DNA of 64,000 bases from an uncultured bacterium. GTDB taxonomy: Bacteria; Acidobacteriota; Thermoanaerobaculia; Multivoradales; JAHZIX01. A model generated the notes under the pieces. That model did not search any database. It was not told the origin of the DNA and saw nothing but the letters and a program-made list of their open reading frames with translations. The position numbers were made by a program, and so were the translations under genes. Of the stretch, positions 19,628-29,593 are shown piece after piece; within the stretch, counting starts at the first letter, position 1, and the number at the start of each line of letters is the position of its first letter. Location: assembly GCA_965368975.1 (NCBI GenBank), contig CBDUPA010000020.1, forward strand, positions 32,001 through 96,000, written 5' to 3'.

Positions 19628-21622
19628 CTAGGCGAGGGCCCTGGCCTGGCGCCGGTTGAGCAGGGCGATGACGGTCAGCAGCGCGGCTCCGCTCGTTGCC
19701 AGAATCGGGAATGCAAGCCCTGCCAGCGTGACCGGTTGCTCGGGTAGCAGTAGGAGCAGGCCGGAGAGCAACAGGACGCCACGCTGCCACAGAGCCAGCG
19801 GTGCGAAGAGATAGCCGACGATGCCAGCCGCGAACGGCACGATGCCGAAGACCGCCAAGCCCACCGCGACCGCCACGGTGGTCCAGCCCGCGCTGCTGCC
19901 GTCCGGCGCCAGCAACAACAGCTCCGGTTGCAGCACGAACATGTAGGGAAGTACGAAGCCGACGAGTGCGAAGCGGAAGGCCGCCAGGCTGGTCTTCATC
20001 AGCGACGAGTCCGCGATCGAAGCCGCGGCGTAGGCGGCGAGCGCTACCGGTGGTGTCACCATCGACATCATGCCGAAGTAGAAGATGAACAGATGCGCGG
20101 CCAGCGGCACCACCCCGAGCTGTCCCAGCACCGGTCCGATCAAGGTCGCCATCAACAAGTAGCAGACAGCGGACGGCAGTCCCATGCCGAGGATGATCGA
20201 GCTGACCATGATGGCGACCAGCGCCAGCATCAGGTTCTGCTCGGCCAGCGGCACGATCGCGGCCGGCAGGCGAGTACCGATGCCGGTCAGAGTCACCACG
20301 CCGAGAATGATGCCGACGCACGAGGCTGCGCTGACCAGCGGGATGACGTCGCGTGCCGACTTGCTGAGGGCATCGAGCAGCCGCAGCCACGACAGGCGCG
20401 TCTCGGCTCGCAGGCTGCTGATCAGGATCACCACACCGAGGGCGAGCGTCACCGCACGGAACGGCGTGTAGCCCATCAGCAGGAAGACGATCAGACCGAC
20501 GAAACTGGTGGCGAAAACAATTCCCGCGAACGGATGGTGGGAAGCGTCGCGTGTCTCTTCGTCTCCGGGTACCTTCACTTTCAACGCCGTGGCGGCAGGT
20601 TCCGTGGACGTGCTCTCCGCCGCCGCGGCCCCGATCTTGCGCGCGTAGAGATGCACGATCAAGAACAAGGAGAGGTAGTACAGGATCGCTGGCACCAATG
20701 CAGCCCGGATGATCTGCAGGTACGTCACCTGCGGCTCGATGATCTCGAGCATCATGTAAGCGCCGGCCCCCATGACTGGCGGAACCAGGGCTCCGCCCGA
20801 GCTGGCCGCCGCTTCCACGCCACCCGCCACGTGTGGCTTGAAGCCCGAGCCGCGCATCATTGGGATCGTGAAGGTTCCTGTCGTCGCAGTATTGGCCACT
20901 GCACTGCCAGAGAGCGAGCCCATCAAGCCGCTGCTCAGCACGGCCACTTTGGCCGCGCCGCCCGAGCTACCTTGGAACAGGCGCCGCGTGAAACGGATGA
21001 TGAAGCCGGTGGCTCCCGTTGCTTGTAGCAGTGCGCCAAAGAGCACGAAGAGGAAGACGTAGGTCAGCATGACGCGCAAAGCAATACCGAACACGCCTTG
21101 GCTGTGCAAGAAGGTCTGCGACACGATGCGCTCGACGTCGTAGCCTCGGTGGGGGAACAGCCAGTCCGGCATCGACTGGCCCCAAACCGCGTAGGCGAGA
21201 AAGAACGAGGCCAAGATGGGCAGTGCCGGCCCGATTGCCCGGCGCGTGGCTTCCAGAACCAGCAACAAGCCCAGTACGCCGACGGTCAGATCCAGCGTCG
21301 TTTCGTGTGCTGCTCGGTTGCCCAGGCTCTGGCCGCCGAGCCAGAAGCGCTCGAATAAGGGCTCTGTCTGCACCGTCAGGTACAGGCTGCACAGCGCGCT
21401 CAGCAACGCCAGGAATCGATCGCTCCAACGCGCCCAGCTCGCATCCCGCAAGCTGGAGTGTGCCGGCACGCTGAGGAAGCACAGCACCAGGCCGAATCCC
21501 GCGAAGATGGCGAGCTGTGACAAGGGCCGCAGCAGCGGGTAGTTGACCTCCGCCACCGTGAAGAGGCAGAGCACGATGCCGAGCGTGCGGAAGAGTGTCG
21601 AGGCGCTGGCGCGTTGGCTCAT
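19628..21622 (-). CDS. TRAP transporter fused 4TM/12TM permease (TAXI-associated)
   Basis: GSAVANTATTGTFTIPMM, EAAASSGG..PPVMGAGAY, LGMGLP, TPPVALAAY. Confidence 0.93.
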   Translation of the reverse strand: MSQRASASTLFRTLGIVLCLFTVAEVNYPLLRPLSQLAIFAGFGLVLCFLSVPAHSSLRDASWARWSDRFLALLSALCSLYLTVQTEPLFERFWLGGQSLGNRAAHETTLDLTVGVLGLLLVLEATRRAIGPALPILASFFLAYAVWGQSMPDWLFPHRGYDVERIVSQTFLHSQGVFGIALRVMLTYVFLFVLFGALLQATGATGFIIRFTRRLFQGSSGGAAKVAVLSSGLMGSLSGSAVANTATTGTFTIPMMRGSGFKPHVAGGVEAAASSGGALVPPVMGAGAYMMLEIIEPQVTYLQIIRAALVPAILYYLSLFLIVHLYARKIGAAAAESTSTEPAATALKVKVPGDEETRDASHHPFAGIVFATSFVGLIVFLLMGYTPFRAVTLALGVVILISSLRAETRLSWLRLLDALSKSARDVIPLVSAASCVGIILGVVTLTGIGTRLPAAIVPLAEQNLMLALVAIMVSSIILGMGLPSAVCYLLMATLIGPVLGQLGVVPLAAHLFIFYFGMMSMVTPPVALAAYAAASIADSSLMKTSLAAFRFALVGFVLPYMFVLQPELLLLAPDGSSAGWTTVAVAVGLAVFGIVPFAAGIVGYLFAPLALWQRGVLLLSGLLLLLPEQPVTLAGLAFPILATSGAALLTVIALLNRRQARALA

Positions 21623-21629
21623 CGAGCGG

Positions 21630-22625
21630 TCACTCGGTCAGGATGCCGGCTTCCCGGTAGTAGCGCAGAGCACCGGGATGGAACTCGGTGCCCGTGTCGC
21701 GCAACACGTTGTTGGCGTTGATCGCGCGCCCCGCCGGATGCTTCTCGACGACCTGCTCACGGTTCTCGTACAGGCTCTTGGTCACCTGGTAGACGAGTTC
21801 TTCGTCTTGGTCGGTACCGACGATCAGGTGCATGGACCCGACGTTGAGCCCCTGGTAGTCCTCGTCCAGTCCCTGGTAGGTACCGGCTGGGATGATCGCG
21901 GGATGGAAGAATGAGTAGTCGGCGACCAGCTGTTCGCGAATAGCTGGGTCGAAGGGGATGAAGCGCAGGTCGAGCGTGGTCGACGCTTGCACCAGCGACG
22001 CGGTGGGCACCGCGCCACCCAGGAAGGCCGCATCGGCGGCGCCGTCGGAGAGCAGGTCGACGGCGGCTTGCTGCGTGCCGTTGAGCTCGGTGAAGTCGTC
22101 ATAGGTGACGCCGTGGGCCTCCAGCAGCGGCCGGATGAAGTACTCGAAGCCGGCGCCCGCCGGGCCGACGACAACACGCTTGCCCTTCAGGTCGGCCAGC
22201 GTCTCGATGCCGCTGTTCTTGGGGGTCACGAAGAGCGCGACGTTGGGGGCCAGCGTCATGATGGCGCGCATGTCGTACGGTTGCTCCCAGCCGCCTTCGC
22301 CGCGCACCGCGAAGTAGGTAATGGCGGCATTCGACAGGGCGAGGTCGAGTTGCTTGGCTTGCAGGCGGCGGATGTTCTCCTGCGAGCCGCTGGTGGCCTC
22401 GGCGGTCACGCGCCAGTCGGTGTCACCGGAATTCGCTTGCAGGGTGTCGGCCAGGGCGCCACCGACGACGAAGAACGCGCCTCCCTGAGGGGCGGTGCCG
22501 ATCGAGAGGAAGACGGTTTCTTGGATGTCGCCGTCGCTGGATGCGTCACCGGAGGGGCCGCCTCCGCAGGCGACGGAGAGCAGGAGAGTCAGCAGAGCGA
22601 GGGTGGTCAAAGCGGTACGGATCAT
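21630..22625 (-). CDS. TAXI-family TRAP solute-binding lipoprotein
   Basis: Lipobox LSVAC, SIGTAPQGGAF, ATSGSQEN, DLKGKRV, IPAGTY, FHPGALRYY; start reassigned to ATG 22625. Confidence 0.92.
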   Translation of the reverse strand: MIRTALTTLALLTLLLSVACGGGPSGDASSDGDIQETVFLSIGTAPQGGAFFVVGGALADTLQANSGDTDWRVTAEATSGSQENIRRLQAKQLDLALSNAAITYFAVRGEGGWEQPYDMRAIMTLAPNVALFVTPKNSGIETLADLKGKRVVVGPAGAGFEYFIRPLLEAHGVTYDDFTELNGTQQAAVDLLSDGAADAAFLGGAVPTASLVQASTTLDLRFIPFDPAIREQLVADYSFFHPAIIPAGTYQGLDEDYQGLNVGSMHLIVGTDQDEELVYQVTKSLYENREQVVEKHPAGRAINANNVLRDTGTEFHPGALRYYREAGILTE

Positions 22626-22754
22626 CGGAAAAGTCCTCTCGAGTAGAAGTGCGAGCAAGTCTTCGGGTAGCCAGAAACCGAGCGTCCAGAGAGGGTGTCC
22701 GACTACGCTTGTCGGAGGCAAGCATACACCGGCCCTAGGCGTCCAGGCGCTCCG

Positions 22755-23435
22755 TTACTTCTTACGCCGTTGCCGCAGGGACAGATTCCGCTTCGCCTCT
22801 TCAGCTTTCTTCTTGTTGGTCGCCGCCCACGAGCAAATGGGGCAGGCGTCGAGATCGTGGTAGAGGGCAGGGCAGTGCTCGCGGCCGAAGTAGATGATCT
22901 GTAGGTGCAGCTTGTTCCAGGCGTCTTCCGGAAAGACCCTCTTGAGGTCGTCCTCGGTGCGCTTGACGCTCGAACCGTTGGACAGTCCCCAGCGTTCAGC
23001 CAGGCGGTGGATGTGGGTGTCGACCGGGAAGGCCGGCAGGCCGAAAGCCTGCGACCGCACCACGGACGCCGTCTTGTGCCCGACGCCGGGTAGCGCCTCC
23101 AACTCGTCGAAGCTGTTCGGTACCTCGCCGCCGTGACGGTCGACCAGAATCTCTGCCATCTGCTGCAGCCGCTTCGCCTTCTGTGGTGCCAGGCCGATCT
23201 CGCGGATCAGCTCGCGAATCTCGTCCACCGGAACCTTGGCCATCACGGCCGGGGTCGGGGCACGCTGGAAGAGCGCTGGCGTCACCTCGTTGACCTTCTT
23301 GTCGGTCGTCTGCGCGGAGAGGACGACGGCGACCAGCAGGGTAAAAGGGTCCACGTGGTCGAGCGGAATCGGGACTTCCGGATGGAGCTGATCGAGAATC
23401 TCTTGGATGCGTTGAGCTTTTTCCTGACGCGTCAT
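22755..23435 (-). CDS. nth: Endonuclease III (HhH-GPD glycosylase)
   Basis: LSAQTTDKKVN, LPGVGHKTA (HhH), PVDTHIHR. Confidence 0.93.
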   Translation of the reverse strand: MTRQEKAQRIQEILDQLHPEVPIPLDHVDPFTLLVAVVLSAQTTDKKVNEVTPALFQRAPTPAVMAKVPVDEIRELIREIGLAPQKAKRLQQMAEILVDRHGGEVPNSFDELEALPGVGHKTASVVRSQAFGLPAFPVDTHIHRLAERWGLSNGSSVKRTEDDLKRVFPEDAWNKLHLQIIYFGREHCPALYHDLDACPICSWAATNKKKAEEAKRNLSLRQRRKK

Positions 23436-23558
23436 GAAGATCTCTCCGAGAGGATCGAGTTGGTTTGCGGGGCGATAGGTCTGGAGGGGTGCCGGTTGCG
23501 AGGACGCTGCAGTGTATCTCAGCGCATCGCCGTGGCCCCGCGTCCAGTCCAGTTGAAG

Positions 23559-24677
23559 TCAGGCGTTGTTGGCGAGTTCGTCGAGCAGGTCCGCAGCTGG
23601 ACGATCGAAGCCGAGCAGTCGCGGTTCCGGTTGCAGCGTGACGCCGAACTTCGTGCGCACGCCGTGACGAATACGTGCCGCCAGCCGCAAGAGGTCGATG
23701 GCCTGGGCACCACCGCGGTTGATCAGGGCCAGCGTGTGGTTCGTCGACAGTCCGGCCGGACCGAGTTCGTAGCCACGCGGAAAGCCGGCTTCCTCGATCA
23801 GCCAGGCGGCCGAGAGCTTCCTGCCACCGGCGGTTGCCTCGAACATCGGCAGCTCACGCCGCACCGCTAGTTCCGTTGCCGCCCGCCGCACCGCTTCCGC
23901 CTCTGCGGGTGTCACGATCGGGTTGACGAAGAAGGAGCCGGCGGAGCGCCGATTGGGATCGTGCGGGTCGAGCACCATCGACTTCTCGCGCCGCACTTGC
24001 AAGACAGCGTCGCGCAGCTGCCGCAGGGGCGCTCGCTCCGGCGTTGCGAGACGCCGCCGCAGGTCGGGATAGCGAGCGGTGCCCCAGTCGCGCACGGGCA
24101 GACGGAAGTCGACGTCGGTAATCACGTAGCGGTCGAGATCGTAAGTCTTGAAGCGGCTGGTGCGATAGCCGAAACCGCACTCGACGGCGTCGAAACTGAC
24201 TTGACGTCTGTCCGCGAGATCGAGTGCCCAGACCGTCGCGATGGTGTCGGCGACTTCTTGTCCGTAAGCACCGATATTCTGGATTGGTGCCGCGCCCACG
24301 GTTCCGGGAATGCCGCTCAAACACTCCAGCCCGGCGAGACCTTGCTCGATGGTCCAGGCGACGAAGGCATCCCAGTCCTTGCCAGCGGCGACCCGAACGT
24401 GGACCACCGGGTCCGCGTCGCGTCGCGAACGCTGCAGCACCTCGATGTCGTCCGCGGCATAGATGACCACCAAGCCCGGGAAACCCGCGTCCGCCACCAG
24501 CAGATTGCTACCGCTGCCGAGAACGACCGTCGCGACCTCCTGCCGCCGTGCCCAGGTCAGCGTTTGGTACAGGACCTTCGCGTTCCGGCAGTGCGCCAGG
24601 TAGCGTGCCGGTCCGCCGACCCCGAAGGTCGTGCGAGGGGCGAGGGGGGCGTCGTGTTGGAGGTCAGGATCTTTCAT
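23559..24677 (-). CDS. murB: UDP-N-acetylmuramate dehydrogenase
   Basis: TTFGVGGPA, LGSGSN, GIPGTVGAAPIQNIGAYG, FGYRTS, SAGSFFVNP, EP. Confidence 0.95.
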   Translation of the reverse strand: MKDPDLQHDAPLAPRTTFGVGGPARYLAHCRNAKVLYQTLTWARRQEVATVVLGSGSNLLVADAGFPGLVVIYAADDIEVLQRSRRDADPVVHVRVAAGKDWDAFVAWTIEQGLAGLECLSGIPGTVGAAPIQNIGAYGQEVADTIATVWALDLADRRQVSFDAVECGFGYRTSRFKTYDLDRYVITDVDFRLPVRDWGTARYPDLRRRLATPERAPLRQLRDAVLQVRREKSMVLDPHDPNRRSAGSFFVNPIVTPAEAEAVRRAATELAVRRELPMFEATAGGRKLSAAWLIEEAGFPRGYELGPAGLSTNHTLALINRGGAQAIDLLRLAARIRHGVRTKFGVTLQPEPRLLGFDRPAADLLDELANNA

Positions 24678-26878
24678 GTTGCCAGGGAGGCGGCTGCCAG
24701 GAGCCGATCCGCCAAGCGGGTGTTGCGCTTGCGCGTGTCCTGTTGCCGCACGGCGGTGGCGAGTGCGCGACGCTGGCCGACGAGGACGACGAGCTTCTTG
24801 GCCCGTGTGACGGCGGTGTAGAGCAGGTTGCGCTGCAGCATCAGGAAGTGTTGGTGGTGCACGGGCGCGACGACGCAGGGGTACTCACTGCCCTGGGATT
24901 TGTGGATCGTGCACGCATAGGCCGGGACGAGCTCGTCGAGATCCGACCACTCGTAGTGCACGTCGCGGCCGTCGAAGTCGACAGTGAGTTCCTTTTCTTC
25001 CTTGTCCAGGTTCGTCACCCTGCCGATGTCGCCATTGAAGACTTCGAGGTCGTAATTGTTGCGCAGCTGCATCACCTTGTCGCCCAGGCTCAGGCGACGA
25101 TCGCCGCGCTCGAGCGCCGGCCGGCCGGGGTTGAGGCGTTGCTGCAGTTCGACGTTGAGCCGCGTGACGCCCAGCGGGCCGCGGTTCATGGGAGTCAGCA
25201 GCTGCACCTCGGTGATCGGGTCGAAGCCGAAGCTGCGCGGGATGCGGTCGGCGATCAGGTGCAGGAGGGTGTCGAGGACGTCGGCGGGATCGTCGCGTTC
25301 GATGAAGAAGAAGTCGTACTTGGACGGATCTCCCTCCACATCGACCAGCGGCGTCTCGCCGTGGTTGATGCGGTGGGCATTGACCACGATGCGGCTCTGC
25401 GCGGCTTGGCGGAAGATCTCGGTCAGGCGCACCAAGGGAACGCGGCCGCTGAGGATCAGGTCGTGCAGGACACGGCCGGGGCCGACCGAGGGCAGCTGAT
25501 CGGCGTCACCGACCAGGATCAGGCGGCCACCAGCGGGTACCGCGCGGGCGACGTGACGAGCCAGCGAAGTATCGAGCATCGAGGCTTCGTCGACGATCAG
25601 CAGGTCACACTCTAGTGGGCGTTCCGGGTTGCGCAGGAAGGTGCCCTGACGCGGGTCGAACTCGAGCAGCCGGTGTACGGTTTTGGCTTCGCGGCTGGTC
25701 GCCTCTCCGAGGCGGCGGGCCGCTCGGCCGGTAGGGGCAGCGAGCTGGATGTGACCACCCTTGCGCTGCAGGATCTCGACGATGCCGCGGACCAGCGTTG
25801 TCTTGCCCGTGCCGGGACCGCCGGTGATCACCAACACCGGTGCCGTCAAGCCCTGAGCGATGGCAGCCCTTTGTTGCGTCGCCAGCTCCAGGCCCTCTTG
25901 TTTCTCGAACCAGGAAAGCGCTGTCTCGACGTCGATCTTGGGGCCTCTGACCGCGGTGGCCAGCAGGTGACTCAGATGCAAGGCTAGTTCGGCCTCGGCC
26001 TTGTACAAGGGTTTCGGGTAGACCACGGGCGCGGCGAAGGATGCCGCCTCTTCCACCACGGCCCGCCCAGCTCGCGCCAAGTCTTCGATGGCTGTGTCCA
26101 CCGCGTCTTCTGCAACGCCCAGGAGTTCGCAGGCCGCTGTCTTCAGCTCGTCCGCGGGCAAGAACATGTGTCCATGGCCACCGGCCTGGTCGAGCAAGTA
26201 GAGCACGCCGGCCTTGATGCGCTCGGGGGCGTCGCGTGGAATGCCCAGGTTGCCAGCGATGCGGTCCGCGCTCTTGAACCCGATACCGAAGATATCGACC
26301 GCCAAGCGATATGGATTCTCCTTGACCTTCTCCATCGCCTCGGCGCCGTAGACTTTGTAGATGCGCACGGCGTATGCCGTCGAGATGCCCTGGGAGTGCA
26401 GGAAGACCATCACCTCCTGGATGTCACGCTGCTCCTGCCAGGCGCCCAGGATCTTCTGCACCGTCTTGCTGCCGATCCCGGGAATCTGCTTCAGGCGTTC
26501 CGGATGGTGCGTAATGACTTCCAGCGTTTCGGCGCCGAAGTGGTCCACCATGCGCTTGGCGTAGCCGGGACCGACACCCGGGATCAGGCCAGAGGCCAGG
26601 TAGCGCTCGATGCCTTCCGGTGTGCTGGGGTGGATCTTGCGATACGTGTCGGCACGGAACTGCTGGCCGTACTTGCGGTCTTGGATCCAGCGGCCGTTGA
26701 AATGCAACCGCTCGCCCTCGGCCACGGTCAACACATTGCCGACCACCGTCGCTGCTTCGCGATGGCCCTCGACTTCGACGCGCAGCACGCTCCAGCCGCT
26801 TTCCTCGTCGGTGAAAACGATGCGCTCGAGCACACCCTCCAGGGTGGTTTCGGCTCCGAAGTCTCGTGGATCGGTCAC
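24674..26878 (-). CDS. recD2: RecD2-like SF1B helicase (RecD/TraA family)
   Basis: N-terminal OB/HhH region, GGPGTGKT, DEASM, GDADQLPSVGPG, AYACTIHKSQGSE; start probably GTG 26878. Confidence 0.93.
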   Translation of the reverse strand: MTDPRDFGAETTLEGVLERIVFTDEESGWSVLRVEVEGHREAATVVGNVLTVAEGERLHFNGRWIQDRKYGQQFRADTYRKIHPSTPEGIERYLASGLIPGVGPGYAKRMVDHFGAETLEVITHHPERLKQIPGIGSKTVQKILGAWQEQRDIQEVMVFLHSQGISTAYAVRIYKVYGAEAMEKVKENPYRLAVDIFGIGFKSADRIAGNLGIPRDAPERIKAGVLYLLDQAGGHGHMFLPADELKTAACELLGVAEDAVDTAIEDLARAGRAVVEEAASFAAPVVYPKPLYKAEAELALHLSHLLATAVRGPKIDVETALSWFEKQEGLELATQQRAAIAQGLTAPVLVITGGPGTGKTTLVRGIVEILQRKGGHIQLAAPTGRAARRLGEATSREAKTVHRLLEFDPRQGTFLRNPERPLECDLLIVDEASMLDTSLARHVARAVPAGGRLILVGDADQLPSVGPGRVLHDLILSGRVPLVRLTEIFRQAAQSRIVVNAHRINHGETPLVDVEGDPSKYDFFFIERDDPADVLDTLLHLIADRIPRSFGFDPITEVQLLTPMNRGPLGVTRLNVELQQRLNPGRPALERGDRRLSLGDKVMQLRNNYDLEVFNGDIGRVTNLDKEEKELTVDFDGRDVHYEWSDLDELVPAYACTIHKSQGSEYPCVVAPVHHQHFLMLQRNLLYTAVTRAKKLVVLVGQRRALATAVRQQDTRKRNTRLADRLLAAASLAT

Positions 26879-26926
26879 GATTTTCAGTCTATCGCCTTCC
26901 GGCCCAATATGTGCCAAAATGACGCC

Positions 26927-28315
26927 ATGGCTGAAAAACCAGTAGTCTTGGTCGTCGACGACGAAACTGGCTCCCGCGAATCGATGGCGATCGCCGTTGA
27001 GAAGACTGGTTTACCGGTACGGACCTTCGATGACGCGCGTGAGGCCCTGGATTACCTGGAGGATGCCGATTCCGTGCGTGTGGTGATCTGTGATCTACGC
27101 ATGCCGGGGATGGACGGTATTGCCTTCCTCAATGAGCTACGCTCCCGTGCTTACGATGTCGGCGTCGTTCTGGTGACGGCATTCGGCTCGATCGAGTCGG
27201 CGGTGGAGGCGATGCGCGTTGGTGCCGACGACTACCTTACCAAGCCGGTCGATCTCTACGAGCTACGCCAGCGGGTGCGCAACCTGCTGGAGCGCAAGCA
27301 ACTGAAGGAGGAGGTGTCGAACCTGCGCGAGATGCTCGACAAGCACTTCGGCTTCGAGAGCATCATCGGCAAGTCGGCACCGATGGAGCACCTGTTCGAG
27401 CAGATGCGCATGGTGGCGCCGACCCGCTCCAGTGTGTTGATCATCGGTGGTAGCGGAACCGGGAAGGAACTGGTGGCCAAGGCGCTGCACCAGGCCAGTC
27501 CGCGCCGTGACGAGCGCTTCCTGGCGATCAACTGCGGTGCCATTCCCAACGACATTCTGGAGAGCGAGCTGTTCGGTCACGAGCGCGGGGCCTTTACCGG
27601 TGCCGTGGCGCGCAAGATCGGCAAGTTCGAGCTGGCTCACAAGGGAACGTTGTTTCTAGATGAGATCAGCGAGCTGGCGCCGGAGTTGCAGGTCAAGCTA
27701 CTGCGTGTGCTCGAGGAACGTCAGGTCATGCGCGTCGGTGGCCAGGAGCTGATCGACGTCGACTTCCGTCTCGTGGCGGCGACGAACCGGGATCTGGAGA
27801 AGGAGGTCGAGGCGGAGCGCTTCCGCGAAGATCTGTACTACCGTCTCAAGGTGGTGACCTTGAACATCCCGTCGCTGCGGGAACGGCCGAGCGACATTCC
27901 ATTGCTGGCGGAACACTTCCTCAAGGAGTTCTTCGAGGAGCACGGCAAGGAGCCGAAGGCGTTGTCACCGGAAGCCGCGGAGGTGCTGTGTGGTTACGCC
28001 TGGCCGGGCAATGTGCGGCAATTGCGCAACGTACTCGAGTCGGTGGTTGTCTTCCACCAGGGCGAGCGCGTCGGGGTCTCGGATCTGCCGGCAGAGATTC
28101 GCGACGCGGCACCGGTGGAGGGTGGTTCGGTGACGGTGCAGCCGAAGTTCGGCGAAACGCGCACCATGGATGAGATCGAGCGCCAGGCGATCACCGAAAC
28201 GCTGGCGCGGACGCGGGGGCACCGAGCAGAGGCGGCGAATCTGCTCGGCATCGGTTTGCGCACGTTGCAGCGCAAAATCAAGGAATACAAGGAGCAGGGC
28301 TTCCTGCAGGAGTGA
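26927..28315 (+). CDS. Sigma54-dependent response regulator (NtrC/AtoC family; REC-AAA+-Fis HTH)
   Basis: VLVVDDE, DLRMPG, GSGTGKE, ELFGHERGAFTGA, WPGNVR, C-terminal HTH. True start is ATG 26927; the ORF-track extension is antisense to recD2. Confidence 0.93.
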   Translation: MAEKPVVLVVDDETGSRESMAIAVEKTGLPVRTFDDAREALDYLEDADSVRVVICDLRMPGMDGIAFLNELRSRAYDVGVVLVTAFGSIESAVEAMRVGADDYLTKPVDLYELRQRVRNLLERKQLKEEVSNLREMLDKHFGFESIIGKSAPMEHLFEQMRMVAPTRSSVLIIGGSGTGKELVAKALHQASPRRDERFLAINCGAIPNDILESELFGHERGAFTGAVARKIGKFELAHKGTLFLDEISELAPELQVKLLRVLEERQVMRVGGQELIDVDFRLVAATNRDLEKEVEAERFREDLYYRLKVVTLNIPSLRERPSDIPLLAEHFLKEFFEEHGKEPKALSPEAAEVLCGYAWPGNVRQLRNVLESVVVFHQGERVGVSDLPAEIRDAAPVEGGSVTVQPKFGETRTMDEIERQAITETLARTRGHRAEAANLLGIGLRTLQRKIKEYKEQGFLQE

Positions 28316-28321
28316 TCTGGG

Positions 28322-28543
28322 ATGGATCTACCGACGGATGTTTTCGTGCATTGCCCCTTGATGGGCCTGAAGAACGGGCGCGCACAGCTAGTGCGGATCC
28401 ACGACGACGGCTACTACGAGGTGATCATGAAGTTCGGCGAGCGCGACCACCGGACGCTGCTGCCGATCACGAACACGGCACTGATCCAGCAACAGCCTGA
28501 GATTCCGATCGAAAACCTGCCCCAGGTTGAAATCGAGCGCTAG
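28322..28543 (+). CDS. Small hypothetical protein (73 aa)
   Basis: Starts 6 nt after the response-regulator stop with a GGA SD-like element and fills the gap to nrdB exactly. Confidence 0.6.
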   Translation: MDLPTDVFVHCPLMGLKNGRAQLVRIHDDGYYEVIMKFGERDHRTLLPITNTALIQQQPEIPIENLPQVEIER

Positions 28544-28549
28544 CGCGCG

Positions 28550-29545
28550 TCAGTCCCAACTAAGGGAGGCGCCGGTGCGGTACTCCGTCACCCGTGTTTC
28601 GAAGAAATTCTTTTCCTTGGACAGGTCCGTCGACTGTGACATCCACGGGAACGGGTTCTGGCGGTTGTAGACGCGCGGTAGCTCGAGCCGTTCGAGGCGC
28701 CGGTCGGCGATGAACTCGACGTACTGGCTGAACTGCTCGGCGTTGATGCCCAGCAGGCCGCTCGGGCAGGCATCGTGTGCGTACTTCTGCTCCAGTGCCA
28801 CGCCCTTGGTGATCAGGGTGATGATCTCTTCCTGGAACTCCGTGGTCCAGATCTCCGGGTTCTCGGCACGGATGGTGTTGATCAGGTCGCAACCGAAGGC
28901 CAGGTGGAGGCTCTCGTCGCGCATGATGTACTCGAATTGCTCGCCGATGCCAACCATCTTGTTCTGCCGCTTCAGCGCCAGCATCATGGCGAAGCCAGCG
29001 TAGAAGAAGATGCCTTCCATGATCACGTAGTAGCCGACCAGGTCGCGCACGAAGCGACGGATGTTCTCGGTACCCTCGGTGTTGAAGTTGGGGTCGAAGA
29101 CCGACTGCGTCATCTCCACCACGAACGCGTCCTTCTCGTGGATCGAGGGGATGGTGTTGTACATGTTGAAGATGTAGTCCGGGTCGAGCCCGAGAGTGTC
29201 GCAGCAGTAGATGAAGGTGTCCGTGTGCACCGCTTCCTCGAACGCCTGCCGCAGCAGGTACTGGCGCGCCTCCGGATTGGTGACGTGGTTGTAGACCGCG
29301 AGAACGATGTTGTTGGCGGTCAGCGACTCGGCGGTGGAGAAGAAGCCCAGGTTCCACAGGATCAGGCGGCGCTCTTCTTCCGAGATCACCTTGTCTGATT
29401 TCCACTGCTCCACGTCTTTCTGCATGGAGATCTCTTCCGGCGTCCAGTTGTTTGCGATGCCGGCCTTGTAGTGCTCGCGTGCCCAGTTGTAGGTCATGGG
29501 CAGGATCTTGTTGGGGTCGGTCTTGGAATTGTTGATGATTCCCAC
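28550..29545 (-). CDS. nrdB: Ribonucleotide reductase R2 subunit with class Ic (Mn/Fe) signature
   Basis: FFSTAESL, EEAVHTDTF, EGIFFY, RDESLH, NFFETRVTEY; AAGGAG SD before GTG 29545. Confidence 0.95.
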   Translation of the reverse strand: MGIINNSKTDPNKILPMTYNWAREHYKAGIANNWTPEEISMQKDVEQWKSDKVISEEERRLILWNLGFFSTAESLTANNIVLAVYNHVTNPEARQYLLRQAFEEAVHTDTFIYCCDTLGLDPDYIFNMYNTIPSIHEKDAFVVEMTQSVFDPNFNTEGTENIRRFVRDLVGYYVIMEGIFFYAGFAMMLALKRQNKMVGIGEQFEYIMRDESLHLAFGCDLINTIRAENPEIWTTEFQEEIITLITKGVALEQKYAHDACPSGLLGINAEQFSQYVEFIADRRLERLELPRVYNRQNPFPWMSQSTDLSKEKNFFETRVTEYRTGASLSWD

Positions 29546-29593
29546 GGTCACTCCTTCACGGATTGGCAGGCTTCCAGGGGCTAGCGAACTGCC

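Noticed and set aside
26168-26926. Apparent 250-aa N-terminal extension of the NtrC-like regulator (ORF track 26168..28315)
   Set aside because: It is the antisense shadow of recD2; the receiver domain starts at ATG 26927.
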